Below are positions 38,575 to 48,596 of a stretch of DNA of 64,000 nt, one piece after another (the first letter of the stretch is position 1; each line of letters begins with the position of its first letter). Under the pieces are notes generated by a model. It saw nothing but the letters and a program-made list of their open reading frames with translations, was not told where the DNA came from and did no database searches. The translations under genes and the position numbers were made by a program. This DNA comes from Bdellovibrionales bacterium. Its GTDB lineage: Bacteria; Bdellovibrionota; Bdellovibrionia; Bdellovibrionales; UBA1609. The DNA lies in the NCBI GenBank assembly GCA_965200875.1, contig OZ241456.1, positions 1,248,001-1,312,000 on the forward strand. Direction: 5' to 3'.

Positions 38575-39624
38575 ATGGAAAAGCTGAATACATATATTAA
38601 AAAGTTCTATAATTTTTTAAAAACACATAAGAATAAATGGCTTGTTTTAATTACTTTTTCGCTGTTATTTTTTCTTGTTTTATTTCCTTACGAATCAGCC
38701 GTATTGTATTTAACAAATCAGCTAAACAAACAAACAAAATCTTCAGTTCAATTACAATATGACAGTTTCTTCATCAATCCATTAGGTCCAAGCCTTGTTT
38801 TCAGAAATCCTAAAATCTTCATGGCAGGAAATCAAAACGCTTTTACTGCGAAAAAGTTAACTCTTCAACCTTCTTACAAATCCCTGTTACAATTAAAACC
38901 GGGAGGGATCATCACTCTACAGTGGTTACAAGAAGCCTCTCTTAGTTTAACTGTCCGAAAAACACAAATTAAAAAAAAGACAACAGGTTGGCTATTTCAT
39001 ATAAAAGCACAAAATTTCAACCCGTTTTTTCTTAGCACTTTTTTTCCGGTAATGTCAAAAGTGAGTGGAAAAATAAATATCTCTATAGAAATGCTTTTAG
39101 ATCCTCTTTTTGAAACTCAACCAAAAGGGGTTTGGAATATAAGTGGACAAAATATTCAAAGTCGTTTCTCATCCTACACAATTCCCAATAATCCCACTTT
39201 TGGTGCTATCACGCTTCCTTATTTTAAATGGAACCAGATCCATTCAAATGGCAAAATACAAAATGGTGAAATCATCATTTCTGATTTTTCTCTGGGGGAA
39301 AATAAGGACACTTCTCAAATAAAAACCAGAGGGGTTTTACGAATCGACTTTAAAAAACATATTGCCTCAAAACGAATCAAAACACAGCTAAGGCAATATG
39401 ATATAGGCTTGGATATGTCACTAAGTGAAGATATGAAAAATCAGTTTTATCCTTCTTTGGACATATTGTTATCCAATATTGGTTCCAAAACTCCGCAAGG
39501 ATGGCGCTATTTGGGTCTTGTAAAAGGTGCCAGTTTTTCCATTCCCCGCTTGTCTCCTGTTTCAAAACTACCCACTTTACAGGAAATACAAAACCCCAAA
39601 GAACCGGAACTGGAAAATTTTTAA
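38575..39624 (+). CDS. GspN-like protein
   Basis: N-terminal TM ending LFPY, beta-rich body, last gene of the gsp operon. Confidence 0.62.
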   Translation: MEKLNTYIKKFYNFLKTHKNKWLVLITFSLLFFLVLFPYESAVLYLTNQLNKQTKSSVQLQYDSFFINPLGPSLVFRNPKIFMAGNQNAFTAKKLTLQPSYKSLLQLKPGGIITLQWLQEASLSLTVRKTQIKKKTTGWLFHIKAQNFNPFFLSTFFPVMSKVSGKINISIEMLLDPLFETQPKGVWNISGQNIQSRFSSYTIPNNPTFGAITLPYFKWNQIHSNGKIQNGEIIISDFSLGENKDTSQIKTRGVLRIDFKKHIASKRIKTQLRQYDIGLDMSLSEDMKNQFYPSLDILLSNIGSKTPQGWRYLGLVKGASFSIPRLSPVSKLPTLQEIQNPKEPELENF

Positions 39625-39744
39625 AGGTTTTGTTGTAAAACCTTTTATTTTCCTGCAAAATAAATAATGTAAAAAGCAGGAATAAATATTAAAATATTGC
39701 TTTTTAAAAACTTTGCATTTATTTTCAGGAAAAGGAGAAAATCA

Positions 39745-40005
39745 ATGATGACTAAAATAAAAATCTATTCCAAGACCACTTGCCCAGCCTGTGTTATGGC
39801 AAAAAATCTCTTGGATAAAAAGGGTGTGAAATATGAAGAAATCATATTGGATAACAAACCCGATGAAATTCAAGAGCTTATGAACAGTACAGGTATGAAA
39901 ACTGTTCCGCAAATTTTTATTAATGGTGAATTAATAGGTGGCTGTTCTGATTTAATAGACCTAGATGAACAAAAAAAACTGGATCCTCTTCTTAATTGCA
40001 AATGA
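39745..40005 (+). CDS. grxC: Dithiol glutaredoxin (Grx3-like)
   Basis: CPAC, TVPQIFI, IGG; AGGAG RBS. Confidence 0.9.
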   Translation: MMTKIKIYSKTTCPACVMAKNLLDKKGVKYEEIILDNKPDEIQELMNSTGMKTVPQIFINGELIGGCSDLIDLDEQKKLDPLLNCK

Positions 40006-41135
40006 AAAACAGGCTTTCAAAGGTCAGACTTGGCATTTTAGGGGGTGGGCAATTAGCCAGAATGATGGCTTTAAAAAGTCATGAAATGGGCATCCAACCT
40101 TATATTTTAAGTTCTCATCCTCAAGATCCTGCCGCTCAAGTCACATCCCACTTCATTCAAGGGAATTTAAACTCCAAAAAGGATCTTAAAAACTTTTTAA
40201 ATAAAGTGGACCTGGTTATATTTGAAAATGAATTTGTGGATATGACTCTACTATCTTCAATCGTCGCGAAAAGCAAAACACCTGTACATCCCAAACCAAA
40301 AACCATGCACCTTCTGCAAGATCGCATGAAGCAAAAAAAACTACTCAAAAAACACTTTATACCCACCTCAAATTTTATTGAAATTCACTCCCTTAAACAA
40401 ATACAGAATTTATCCAAAATGTTTCCTGAAAAAATCGTCTTGAAAAAGAGACTACAAGGCTACGATGGCACAGGAATTTTAATCATAAAAGACATCAAGA
40501 AAACCAAAGAGATCCAACAGTTTTTCGGCAAAAATATACAGCTGATTGCCGAAGAATATATACCTTTTAAAAAAGAACTGGCCATTATTTTAGTAAGAAA
40601 TAGAAAAAAACAAATTGTTGAGCTTCCTCTGGTGGAAACACATCAAAAAGACGCTTGTTGTCTCTGGGTGAGAGGTCCTGTGCAACACGCACAAAAAGAC
40701 AATTTGGTTAAGAAATTAAAAGTCATGATGAATGAAATTGATTATGAAGGTGTAATGGCCTTTGAATTGTTTGAAACTAAAGAAGGCTCCTTGATGGTAA
40801 ACGAGTTGGCACCACGGGTTCATAATTCTGGACACTACTCTTTGGACGCCCTCAGTGAAGATCAATTCTCACTGCACATTAAAGCTGTTTTGAATTTGGA
40901 TATTCAAACATCCAAAAAATTTACCGGCGGATTTGCCATGCTAAACCTTTTAGGAGAGAAACAATCAAAGAAATGGCTGTATCCCCCTGGAACAAAGCTA
41001 TATTGGTATGGTAAAAAGGAAAGCCGGCCTGGAAGAAAAATGGGACATATAAACAACTTGGACAGCTCTCCGAACAAAGCACTTGTTAGCCTTTTGGATT
41101 TTTTAAACAATATGAAAAATAAAAGGGTAGTATGA
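40002..41135 (+). CDS. purK: N5-carboxyaminoimidazole ribonucleotide synthase
   Basis: [32 protein letters not shown]. Confidence 0.95.
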   Translation: MKNRLSKVRLGILGGGQLARMMALKSHEMGIQPYILSSHPQDPAAQVTSHFIQGNLNSKKDLKNFLNKVDLVIFENEFVDMTLLSSIVAKSKTPVHPKPKTMHLLQDRMKQKKLLKKHFIPTSNFIEIHSLKQIQNLSKMFPEKIVLKKRLQGYDGTGILIIKDIKKTKEIQQFFGKNIQLIAEEYIPFKKELAIILVRNRKKQIVELPLVETHQKDACCLWVRGPVQHAQKDNLVKKLKVMMNEIDYEGVMAFELFETKEGSLMVNELAPRVHNSGHYSLDALSEDQFSLHIKAVLNLDIQTSKKFTGGFAMLNLLGEKQSKKWLYPPGTKLYWYGKKESRPGRKMGHINNLDSSPNKALVSLLDFLNNMKNKRVV

Positions 41136-41635
41136 AAAAAAAAACCAGTAGTAAAAACAAACCCGTAGTGTCTGTAATTATGGGAAGTGACTCAGATTGG
41201 CCAACTATGCAATCTGCCATTCCTGTATTAAAAGAATTTAATATTCCTTATGAAGTAAAAGTGGTGTCTGCCCATCGAACACCAAAACTCATGCAAAAGC
41301 ACGCTGAAGCTTGCCAAAAAAGAGGAATTAAGGTGATTATAGCCGGGGCGGGAGGAGCGGCCCACCTTCCGGGAATGATTGCTTCTCTTACTCCTCTGCC
41401 TGTTATTGGTGTACCGATCATGACAAAAAAGCTTAAGGGTCTCGATTCTTTATTGTCCATAGCACAAATGCCAAAAGGAATACCTGTCGCTACTGTGGCT
41501 GTGGATAACAGTTATAACTCGGCTTTATTGGCTCTGAGAATACTATCCGTTGGAAAATCAACGCTTATTAAAAAAATGACTGAATACATGAATCAACAAA
41601 AAGAAAAAAGCAAAACCAAAAAAATACCTGTTTGA
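41132..41635 (+). CDS. purE: N5-CAIR mutase
   Basis: [26 protein letters not shown]. Confidence 0.97.
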   Translation: MKKKTSSKNKPVVSVIMGSDSDWPTMQSAIPVLKEFNIPYEVKVVSAHRTPKLMQKHAEACQKRGIKVIIAGAGGAAHLPGMIASLTPLPVIGVPIMTKKLKGLDSLLSIAQMPKGIPVATVAVDNSYNSALLALRILSVGKSTLIKKMTEYMNQQKEKSKTKKIPV

Positions 41636-41858
41636 AGAAAAATCTCCTGACTTCCATATTATAAACCATATTAAATAAGTGATTTCAAAGGTTTACAAAG
41701 CCAAAGTGGCGACTAATGACATAGTTGATTTACAGGACTTATGGTGCTATTGTCCAGAACAAATGTTATCGTTTAACAACATACAATGTTTTTCAAAAGT
41801 AGCTGTTTATTATCCAACATTCTGAAAACAAAACTATTTAAACTGGAGAATACAAAAA

Positions 41859-42848
41859 ATGAACTATTGTCGTATCAGCGGAATAGGATGTTATTTGCCG
41901 AAAAAAATATTAACCAACCAGGATCTGGAAAAAATAGTGAACACTTCAGATGAATGGATTAAACAAAGAACCGGCATTGAACAAAGACATATCTCTAATG
42001 AAAACGAATTACCCAGTGATATGGCACTGAAGGCTTCTTTAAGTGCTTTGGAACAAAGCCAGCTGAAACCGGAAGATTTGGATTTTATCCTCGTCGCCAC
42101 TCTTTACCCCGATCAACTCATGCCAAATACAGCCTGTGAGTTACAAAAAAAAATGAATATTTCCAGTATTCCCTGCCTAGATATTTCCGCCGCTTGCAGT
42201 GGTTTTGTATATGGTCTGAGTATAGCCAATCAATATATTCAAACCGGAACTTATAAAAATATTCTTTTAGTGGGAACAGAAACTTTACACCATGTCACCA
42301 ATTATGAAGATCGCTCCACCTGTATCCTTTTTGGAGATGGAGCAGGTGCTTTTGTGTTATCACAAAACAAAGAACCGGAAAAAGGCAAAGTGTATCATCA
42401 AGCCTTAAATGCGTACGGAGAGCTGGGACCAGCCCTTTTTATCCCTTCACCGGGAGCAAAACACGCTGAAAAAACAAGCTCCCAACCAAATAAAGCACAA
42501 ACCTGCATCCAAATGGATGGACAAAAAGTATTTAAAAAAGCTTTGCAAATTATGTGTGAATCCTATCAAAAAACATTGGAAGACACTCAATTTTCCCCGG
42601 AACAAATTGACTGGATAGTGCCCCATCAAGCCAACGAAAGAATTTTAAAAAAGTTTTGCAAACTTATTGACTTTCCTGAAGAAAAAGTAGTTTTTGATAT
42701 CAGAGAAACAGGAAACACCTCTTCCGCTTCCATTCCTTTATCTATGGCCCGTGCTGTAAAAAAAGGAAAAATCAAAAGAGGGCAAAATATTTTAATGATT
42801 GCTATGGGAGGTGGAATGACAAGCGGTTCTCTCTTATTAAGATATTAA
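41859..42848 (+). CDS. fabH: Beta-ketoacyl-ACP synthase III
   Basis: DISAACSGF, LFGDGAGA, PHQAN, GNTSSAS. Confidence 0.95.
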   Translation: MNYCRISGIGCYLPKKILTNQDLEKIVNTSDEWIKQRTGIEQRHISNENELPSDMALKASLSALEQSQLKPEDLDFILVATLYPDQLMPNTACELQKKMNISSIPCLDISAACSGFVYGLSIANQYIQTGTYKNILLVGTETLHHVTNYEDRSTCILFGDGAGAFVLSQNKEPEKGKVYHQALNAYGELGPALFIPSPGAKHAEKTSSQPNKAQTCIQMDGQKVFKKALQIMCESYQKTLEDTQFSPEQIDWIVPHQANERILKKFCKLIDFPEEKVVFDIRETGNTSSASIPLSMARAVKKGKIKRGQNILMIAMGGGMTSGSLLLRY

Positions 42849-42901
42849 AAGGAAAGGAGACGGGGCCGGCAGAGTAAAATCAACCAGCCTCAAAGAAAAA
42901 T

Positions 42902-43867
42902 ATGTGGGCAGTTTTATTCCCAGGACAGGGTTCACAAACCATAGGTATGGGAAAGTTTTACTATGAACAGTTTCAAACAGCCAGAGAGCTGTTTGAATCC
43001 GCTTCTGACGAACTGAAAATAGATTTTAAAAAATTGTGTTTTGAAGGGCCAGAAGAGGATTTAATACTGACTCAAAACACGCAACCTGCTATTGTGTTGG
43101 TTTCCTGCACGGCTTGGTTTTGCCTCGCCAATGAAATAGATCTAAGTTTTATCAAATATTGCGCAGGACACTCTGTGGGGGAATATTCCGCTCTCGTGTC
43201 CGCAGGAGTTCTTTCTTTAAATTCCGCTCTGAAAGCCGTTCGGCAAAGAGGCTTGTATATGAGTGAATCATGCCCTCCTGGAAAAGGAGGAATGAGTGCT
43301 CTTATCGGCCCATCCCCTGAATCCGCTAAAAAATTTTGCAAATGGGTGGAGAAAAAAAGTGGCAATACACCTTTGGAAACTGCCAACTTTAACAGCCCCG
43401 GGCAAACTGTTCTCAGTGGCTCATCATCAGCCTTAAACTGGGCCAAAGAGCATTATCAGGAATATTTTTCTTCGGAGGAAAAAACACGAATAATTCCCTT
43501 AAAAGTATCCGCACCATTCCATTCTTCTCTTATGGATCCTGCATGTAAAAAAATGGACAGATTTTTAAAAACACTTCCCTTTAAAAAACCAAATAAAATG
43601 ATAGTGCAAAACACCATCGCATGTGCCAAACGCAATCCCAGTACCATCCGTACAAACTTAATTGCACAGGTAAAAGCCCCCGTTTTATGGCTTCAATCCA
43701 TGCAGTACTTATTTGAACAAGGATGTAGCTGTTTTTTAGAACTGGGAGAAGGAAAAATACTGGCCGGATTGATGAAAAAAACAAACAGCTCAAAATCCCT
43801 GTTCCATTTCCATTCCCTGAAAGATATACAAATATTGCGTAATCAAATAAGCAATGGTAAGGTTTGA
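42902..43867 (+). CDS. fabD: Malonyl-CoA:ACP transacylase
   Basis: FPGQGSQ, GHSVGEY, VSAPFHS. Confidence 0.95.
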   Translation: MWAVLFPGQGSQTIGMGKFYYEQFQTARELFESASDELKIDFKKLCFEGPEEDLILTQNTQPAIVLVSCTAWFCLANEIDLSFIKYCAGHSVGEYSALVSAGVLSLNSALKAVRQRGLYMSESCPPGKGGMSALIGPSPESAKKFCKWVEKKSGNTPLETANFNSPGQTVLSGSSSALNWAKEHYQEYFSSEEKTRIIPLKVSAPFHSSLMDPACKKMDRFLKTLPFKKPNKMIVQNTIACAKRNPSTIRTNLIAQVKAPVLWLQSMQYLFEQGCSCFLELGEGKILAGLMKKTNSSKSLFHFHSLKDIQILRNQISNGKV

Positions 43868-43906
43868 TCTTATAACTCTTACAAAAGAAACTTTAAAGGA
43901 TTAACC

Positions 43907-44641
43907 ATGCAATTATTAAAAGATCAATGTGTGATGGTTACTGGATCCTGTCGTGGAATTGGATCTGCTATTGTAAAATATCTGTCCCAATGTTCAGCAC
44001 GAGTGGCTGTTACTTATGTGTCCTCAAAAGAAAAGGCTCAAAAAACTTTTCAGGAACTTAGTGGTTCAGGACATTTATTGTTGCAAATGGATGTCACAAA
44101 CCCGGAGTCTGTGAAAAAAGCTTTCGAACAATTTATGAATCACTTTGGCACTTTATCGGCTTTAGTGAATAACGCGGGAATCACTAAAGATGGACTACTC
44201 CTGAGAATGAAAGATGAGGATTTTAGCACCGTCCTTAAAACAAACCTCTATGGAAGCTTTTACTGCTCTAGGACAGCTACCAAATACATGATTAAGGCAC
44301 GCAAAGGACATATTATAAATATATCTTCTGTTGTGGCTCAAACAGGAAACCCAGGACAAACCAACTATGTAGCCAGTAAAGCAGGCATTGAAGGGCTGAC
44401 CAGAGCAATGGCCAATGAACTGGCCGGAAGAAATATCAAAGTAAATGCCATTGCCCCAGGATTTATTCAAACTGATATGACAGAGAAACTAAGCGCCCAG
44501 CAAATTCAGACTATTACGGAAAGAATACCTCTCAAAAAATTGGGCTGGCCAAAGGATATCGCGGAAACAGTAACTTTCCTGCTTGGTTCTGAATATATAA
44601 CAGGGCAAGTCATTTCTGTAAATGGGGGCCTGGCTATGTAA
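43907..44641 (+). CDS. fabG: 3-oxoacyl-ACP reductase
   Basis: TG..RGIG, NNAGIT, YVASK, APGFIQTDMT. Confidence 0.95.
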   Translation: MQLLKDQCVMVTGSCRGIGSAIVKYLSQCSARVAVTYVSSKEKAQKTFQELSGSGHLLLQMDVTNPESVKKAFEQFMNHFGTLSALVNNAGITKDGLLLRMKDEDFSTVLKTNLYGSFYCSRTATKYMIKARKGHIINISSVVAQTGNPGQTNYVASKAGIEGLTRAMANELAGRNIKVNAIAPGFIQTDMTEKLSAQQIQTITERIPLKKLGWPKDIAETVTFLLGSEYITGQVISVNGGLAM

Positions 44642-44732
44642 GAGGTTTGTTGACCTCTTTAAAAAAGTATTTTTTAATAAGCGCGAATCAAAAAAACACA
44701 ATTTTTAACACAGTGGAAAGACAGGAGGAAAT

Positions 44733-44978
44733 ATGAGTATCGAAGAAAAAGTAACTTCCATTATTGTAGAACAGCTGGGAGTGGAAAAAGACAAAGTGAA
44801 ACCGGAATCCTCTTTCACAGATGATTTAGGAGCGGACAGTATGGATATCGTGGAGCTGGTTATGGCCTTTGAAGAGAATTTTTCCATTGAAATACCGGAT
44901 CAGGAAGAAGAGAATATTCGCACTGTTCAAGATGCTATTGATTACATAAAAGAAAATCAAAATCCGCAAAACGGGTAA
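44733..44978 (+). CDS. acpP: Acyl carrier protein
   Basis: [14 protein letters not shown]. Confidence 0.96.
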   Translation: MSIEEKVTSIIVEQLGVEKDKVKPESSFTDDLGADSMDIVELVMAFEENFSIEIPDQEEENIRTVQDAIDYIKENQNPQNG

Positions 44979-44981
44979 AAG

Positions 44982-46217
44982 ATGAGAAAAGTTGTTGTCA
45001 CGGGTTTGGGAGCTGTTACCCCTCTTGGAACTGGAGTCAAAAAAAGCTGGTCTGCTGTATTAAACGCCTTATCAGGAATTGATACTATTCAGGCTATTCC
45101 AACAGATTCTCTGAATATAAAAATTGCTGGAGAGGCCACTGATTTTTCTGCTGATAATTGGCTCTCCCCAAAAGAGCAAAAAAGAACAAGTCGCTTTATC
45201 CATTTAGCCATCAGCAGTGCTGGTCAGGCTATTCAATCTTCCGGGTTAAACTTTGAACAAGAGGAAAACTTAAAAGAAAGAACTGGTGTCTTAATAGGAG
45301 CTGGCATAGGTGCTCTTCCCATCATCGAAGAACACTCTATACGGCTCAAACAAAATAAACGGCTTTCCCCTTTTTTCATTCCCGCTGTTATTGTCAACTC
45401 AGCTTCAGGACAAATAAGCATTAAATGGAAATTAAAAGGGCCTAATTTTTCCACTGTATCTGCCTGTGCTTCCGGTGCTCATGCCATTGGTGAATCCTGC
45501 CGATGGATTAAAGAAGGTATTTGTGATGTCGTGGTCAGTGGAGGAACAGAATCTGTTATCTCTCCTTTGGCCTTTCAGGGTTTTCACGCTATGCGTGCAC
45601 TTTCCACGAGAAACAATGAACCGAAGAAAGCTTCACGCCCCTGGGATAAAGAAAGAGATGGTTTTATTCTCAGTGAAGGTTCCGGGGTTTTAATCCTAGA
45701 AGAAGAACAAAGAGCGAAAAAAAGAAATGCACCCATTTACGCAGAACTTATTGGCTATGGTTCTTCCTCTGACGCCCACCATATTGCCGCACCAGAACCT
45801 AATGGAAAAGGTGCGCAGATGGCTATGCTGACAGCCTTAAAATCCGCAAATATATCTCCAGAAGAAGTGCAGTATATTAATGCTCACGGCACAAGCACCC
45901 CTGCTGGTGATGTGGCCGAAGCCAAAGCCATTCAATCCGTTTTTAAAGATCATAGCCAAAAAATCTGGATCAGCAGTACAAAAAGTATGACTGGACACAC
46001 TTTGGGTGCGGCGGGAGCTATTGAAAGTGTATTCTCCATTTTAAGCCTTTGCAATCAAACAGCACCTCCCACTATCAATTTAGACAATCCTGACAATGAA
46101 TATAAGCTGGATTTTGTACCTCACAAAGCACGCGAAGGGAAAATAAACATAGCTTTGAACAACAGCTTCGGTTTTGGTGGCACAAATGCCTGTTTGCTGT
46201 TTAAAAAATATTCATAA
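44982..46217 (+). CDS. fabF: Beta-ketoacyl-ACP synthase II
   Basis: SACASG, NAHGTST, KSMTGH, NSFGFGGTN. Confidence 0.96.
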   Translation: MRKVVVTGLGAVTPLGTGVKKSWSAVLNALSGIDTIQAIPTDSLNIKIAGEATDFSADNWLSPKEQKRTSRFIHLAISSAGQAIQSSGLNFEQEENLKERTGVLIGAGIGALPIIEEHSIRLKQNKRLSPFFIPAVIVNSASGQISIKWKLKGPNFSTVSACASGAHAIGESCRWIKEGICDVVVSGGTESVISPLAFQGFHAMRALSTRNNEPKKASRPWDKERDGFILSEGSGVLILEEEQRAKKRNAPIYAELIGYGSSSDAHHIAAPEPNGKGAQMAMLTALKSANISPEEVQYINAHGTSTPAGDVAEAKAIQSVFKDHSQKIWISSTKSMTGHTLGAAGAIESVFSILSLCNQTAPPTINLDNPDNEYKLDFVPHKAREGKINIALNNSFGFGGTNACLLFKKYS

Positions 46218-46290
46218 AACGAAAGTGCTTATCATATACCGACAAAAAAGCTATAAATAATGAAATCACCAAAATAAATGGAGAATAAAA

Positions 46291-46773
46291 GTGAACGAGT
46301 CAAAAAAAATTTTTATCGCCAATGATCACGCCGGTTTTCAGCTTAAAAAATTTTTAATGAATAAAAATACAACACAAAATTGGAAAGACTTGGGAGTATT
46401 TAATGAGAAAACAAGCGACTACCCCGAACAAGCAGAAAAATTATGTTGCCACATTCTGGAAAACATATCTTCTGACGAACCACCTCTCGGTGTTTTGATA
46501 TGCGGAAGCGGACAAGGAATGGCCATAAAAGCCAACCGTTTTCCCGGTATTCGAGCTATACTGGCCTGGGATGAGCAAAGTTGTCGCCTAGCGAGGGAGC
46601 ATAATAAAGCCAATGTATTATGCTTGGGAGCGCGGTTGATTCCTTTTGAAACCGCTGACAATATATTTAAAGTGTTTATTAGCGCAGTCTTCACAGGTGG
46701 ACGCCATAGCGACAGAATAAAAAATCTGGATAAAAACATCCTTTGCCAAACAACAGAAAAAAATTGTTTATAG
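46291..46773 (+). CDS. rpiB: Ribose-5-phosphate isomerase B
   Basis: DHAG, DYP, CGSGQG, AREHN, GGRH. Confidence 0.92.
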   Translation: MNESKKIFIANDHAGFQLKKFLMNKNTTQNWKDLGVFNEKTSDYPEQAEKLCCHILENISSDEPPLGVLICGSGQGMAIKANRFPGIRAILAWDEQSCRLAREHNKANVLCLGARLIPFETADNIFKVFISAVFTGGRHSDRIKNLDKNILCQTTEKNCL

Positions 46774-46782
46774 GAAACTACA

Positions 46783-48036
46783 ATGGAAGAAAAAAACACA
46801 ATTCTTAAAAATAATGATGAGCAGATTTTCTCTGCCATAGAACGGGAAAAAAGGCGACAAAAAGAAGGATTGGAGCTAATTGCCTCTGAAAATTATGTAT
46901 CTCCAAATGTACTGAGAGCACAAGGATCCATCCTGACCAATAAATACGCTGAAGGCTACCCAGGAAAAAGATATTATGGCGGATGCGAATTTGTAGATAT
47001 AGTGGAATCTCTCGCCATAGAGAGAGCTATAAAATTATTTTCTGCAGAACATGCTAATGTACAACCCCACTCTGGTTCTCAGGCCAATATGGCTGTATAT
47101 TTCGCAATAGCACGACCTGGAGACTCTATCATGGGAATGGACCTATCTCATGGTGGACATCTCACTCATGGATCACCTGTCAATTTCAGTGGTTCTGTTT
47201 TTCAATCTGACTTTTATCAGCTAAACCCAAAAACAGATCTCTTGGACTATGATCAAATTGAAGCTAAAGTGAAAACAAGAAAACCTAAAATCCTTATCGC
47301 CGGGCATAGTGCCTATCCTCGTATTCCCGACTTCAAAAGTTTTCGAGAGATTGCCGATCGCGTGGGAGCAACTTTAATAGTGGATATGGCGCACTTTGCT
47401 GGATTAGTGGCAGGAGGCGTACACCCTTCTCCCGTACCTTATGCAGATTTTATCACTTCCACCACTCATAAAACTTTAAGAGGTCCACGAGGGGGGTTAA
47501 TTTTGTGCTCAAAAGAAAACAGCAAAAAACTGGATAAGGCTATTTTCCCAGGCACTCAAGGGGGACCTTTAATGCACATCATTTCTGCCAAAGCCGTTTC
47601 TTTTCAGGAAGCCTTACAGACTTCCTTTAAGCAATATGCTCAACAAATTGTCTCTAACGCGAAAACTCTGGCTGAAACCTTAACGGAATACGGCTTTTCT
47701 CTCGTAACAGGAGGAACAGACAATCATCTTATTTTAATCAATTTATCCAACAAAAATATTACCGGTAAAAAAGCAGAAACGGTTTTAGGCCAAGCAGGGA
47801 TTACCGTAAATAAAAACACTGTGCCCGGGGAAACTTTATCCCCTTTTATCACCAGTGGCATTCGCATTGGTACACCTGCCATAACCACAAGGGGAATGGG
47901 TGTGGAAGAAATGAAACAAATCGCTAAGTGGATTCAACAAACTTTGGAAAACCCAAACGACGAAAAACACTTAAGTAAAATAGCCAACGAGGTAAAAGAG
48001 CTATGTTTAAAGTTTCCTGTCTTCTCCTCAAAATAA
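46783..48036 (+). CDS. glyA: Serine hydroxymethyltransferase
   Basis: [27 protein letters not shown]. Confidence 0.97.
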   Translation: MEEKNTILKNNDEQIFSAIEREKRRQKEGLELIASENYVSPNVLRAQGSILTNKYAEGYPGKRYYGGCEFVDIVESLAIERAIKLFSAEHANVQPHSGSQANMAVYFAIARPGDSIMGMDLSHGGHLTHGSPVNFSGSVFQSDFYQLNPKTDLLDYDQIEAKVKTRKPKILIAGHSAYPRIPDFKSFREIADRVGATLIVDMAHFAGLVAGGVHPSPVPYADFITSTTHKTLRGPRGGLILCSKENSKKLDKAIFPGTQGGPLMHIISAKAVSFQEALQTSFKQYAQQIVSNAKTLAETLTEYGFSLVTGGTDNHLILINLSNKNITGKKAETVLGQAGITVNKNTVPGETLSPFITSGIRIGTPAITTRGMGVEEMKQIAKWIQQTLENPNDEKHLSKIANEVKELCLKFPVFSSK

Positions 48037-48038
48037 AT

Positions 48039-48518
48039 ATGCTCGGCTCAAAACTTCCAGAGCAGGTGCTTTCTTTTGCAAAAAGAAAAAAAATAACAGG
48101 CTTGGCTTTAGCTCTTTTGTTAAGCGCATGCGCTTCCCGAACAAATCAACCCGATTTTACCTGGCCAGTGAATCCGCCACTAACTTTATCCAGAAAACAC
48201 TCTATTTACCATGAAGGTATTGATTTTCCCAAAACCACCGGGCAACCCGTGTTCTCCTCGGCAGGAGGGACAGTAATATATGCCGGCTCGCAATTTTCCG
48301 GATACGGAAAAGTGATTATTATTGAGCATCAATATAATTGGGCCAGCCTATACGGACATTTAAGCAAAATACTGGTTAAAAACGGTAGTTCTGTCAGGAA
48401 ACGGGAGAAGATAGGAGAAGTTGGAAATACTGGACGATCCTCCTCCCCTCATTTACATTTTGAATTAATACACAAAAAACAACCTGTGAACCCTGTTCCC
48501 TATTTGCCAAACCCATGA
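48039..48518 (+). CDS. M23-family peptidase lipoprotein
   Basis: Lipobox LSAC, HEGID, PHLHFE. Confidence 0.88.
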   Translation: MLGSKLPEQVLSFAKRKKITGLALALLLSACASRTNQPDFTWPVNPPLTLSRKHSIYHEGIDFPKTTGQPVFSSAGGTVIYAGSQFSGYGKVIIIEHQYNWASLYGHLSKILVKNGSSVRKREKIGEVGNTGRSSSPHLHFELIHKKQPVNPVPYLPNP

Positions 48519-48596
48519 ATAAACTTTTCTTCCAGAATAGAATGGAAAGAAGTTTAAGTCTTGTGTTTATGGCACAGAGCTGATAGTATTTTAAGC

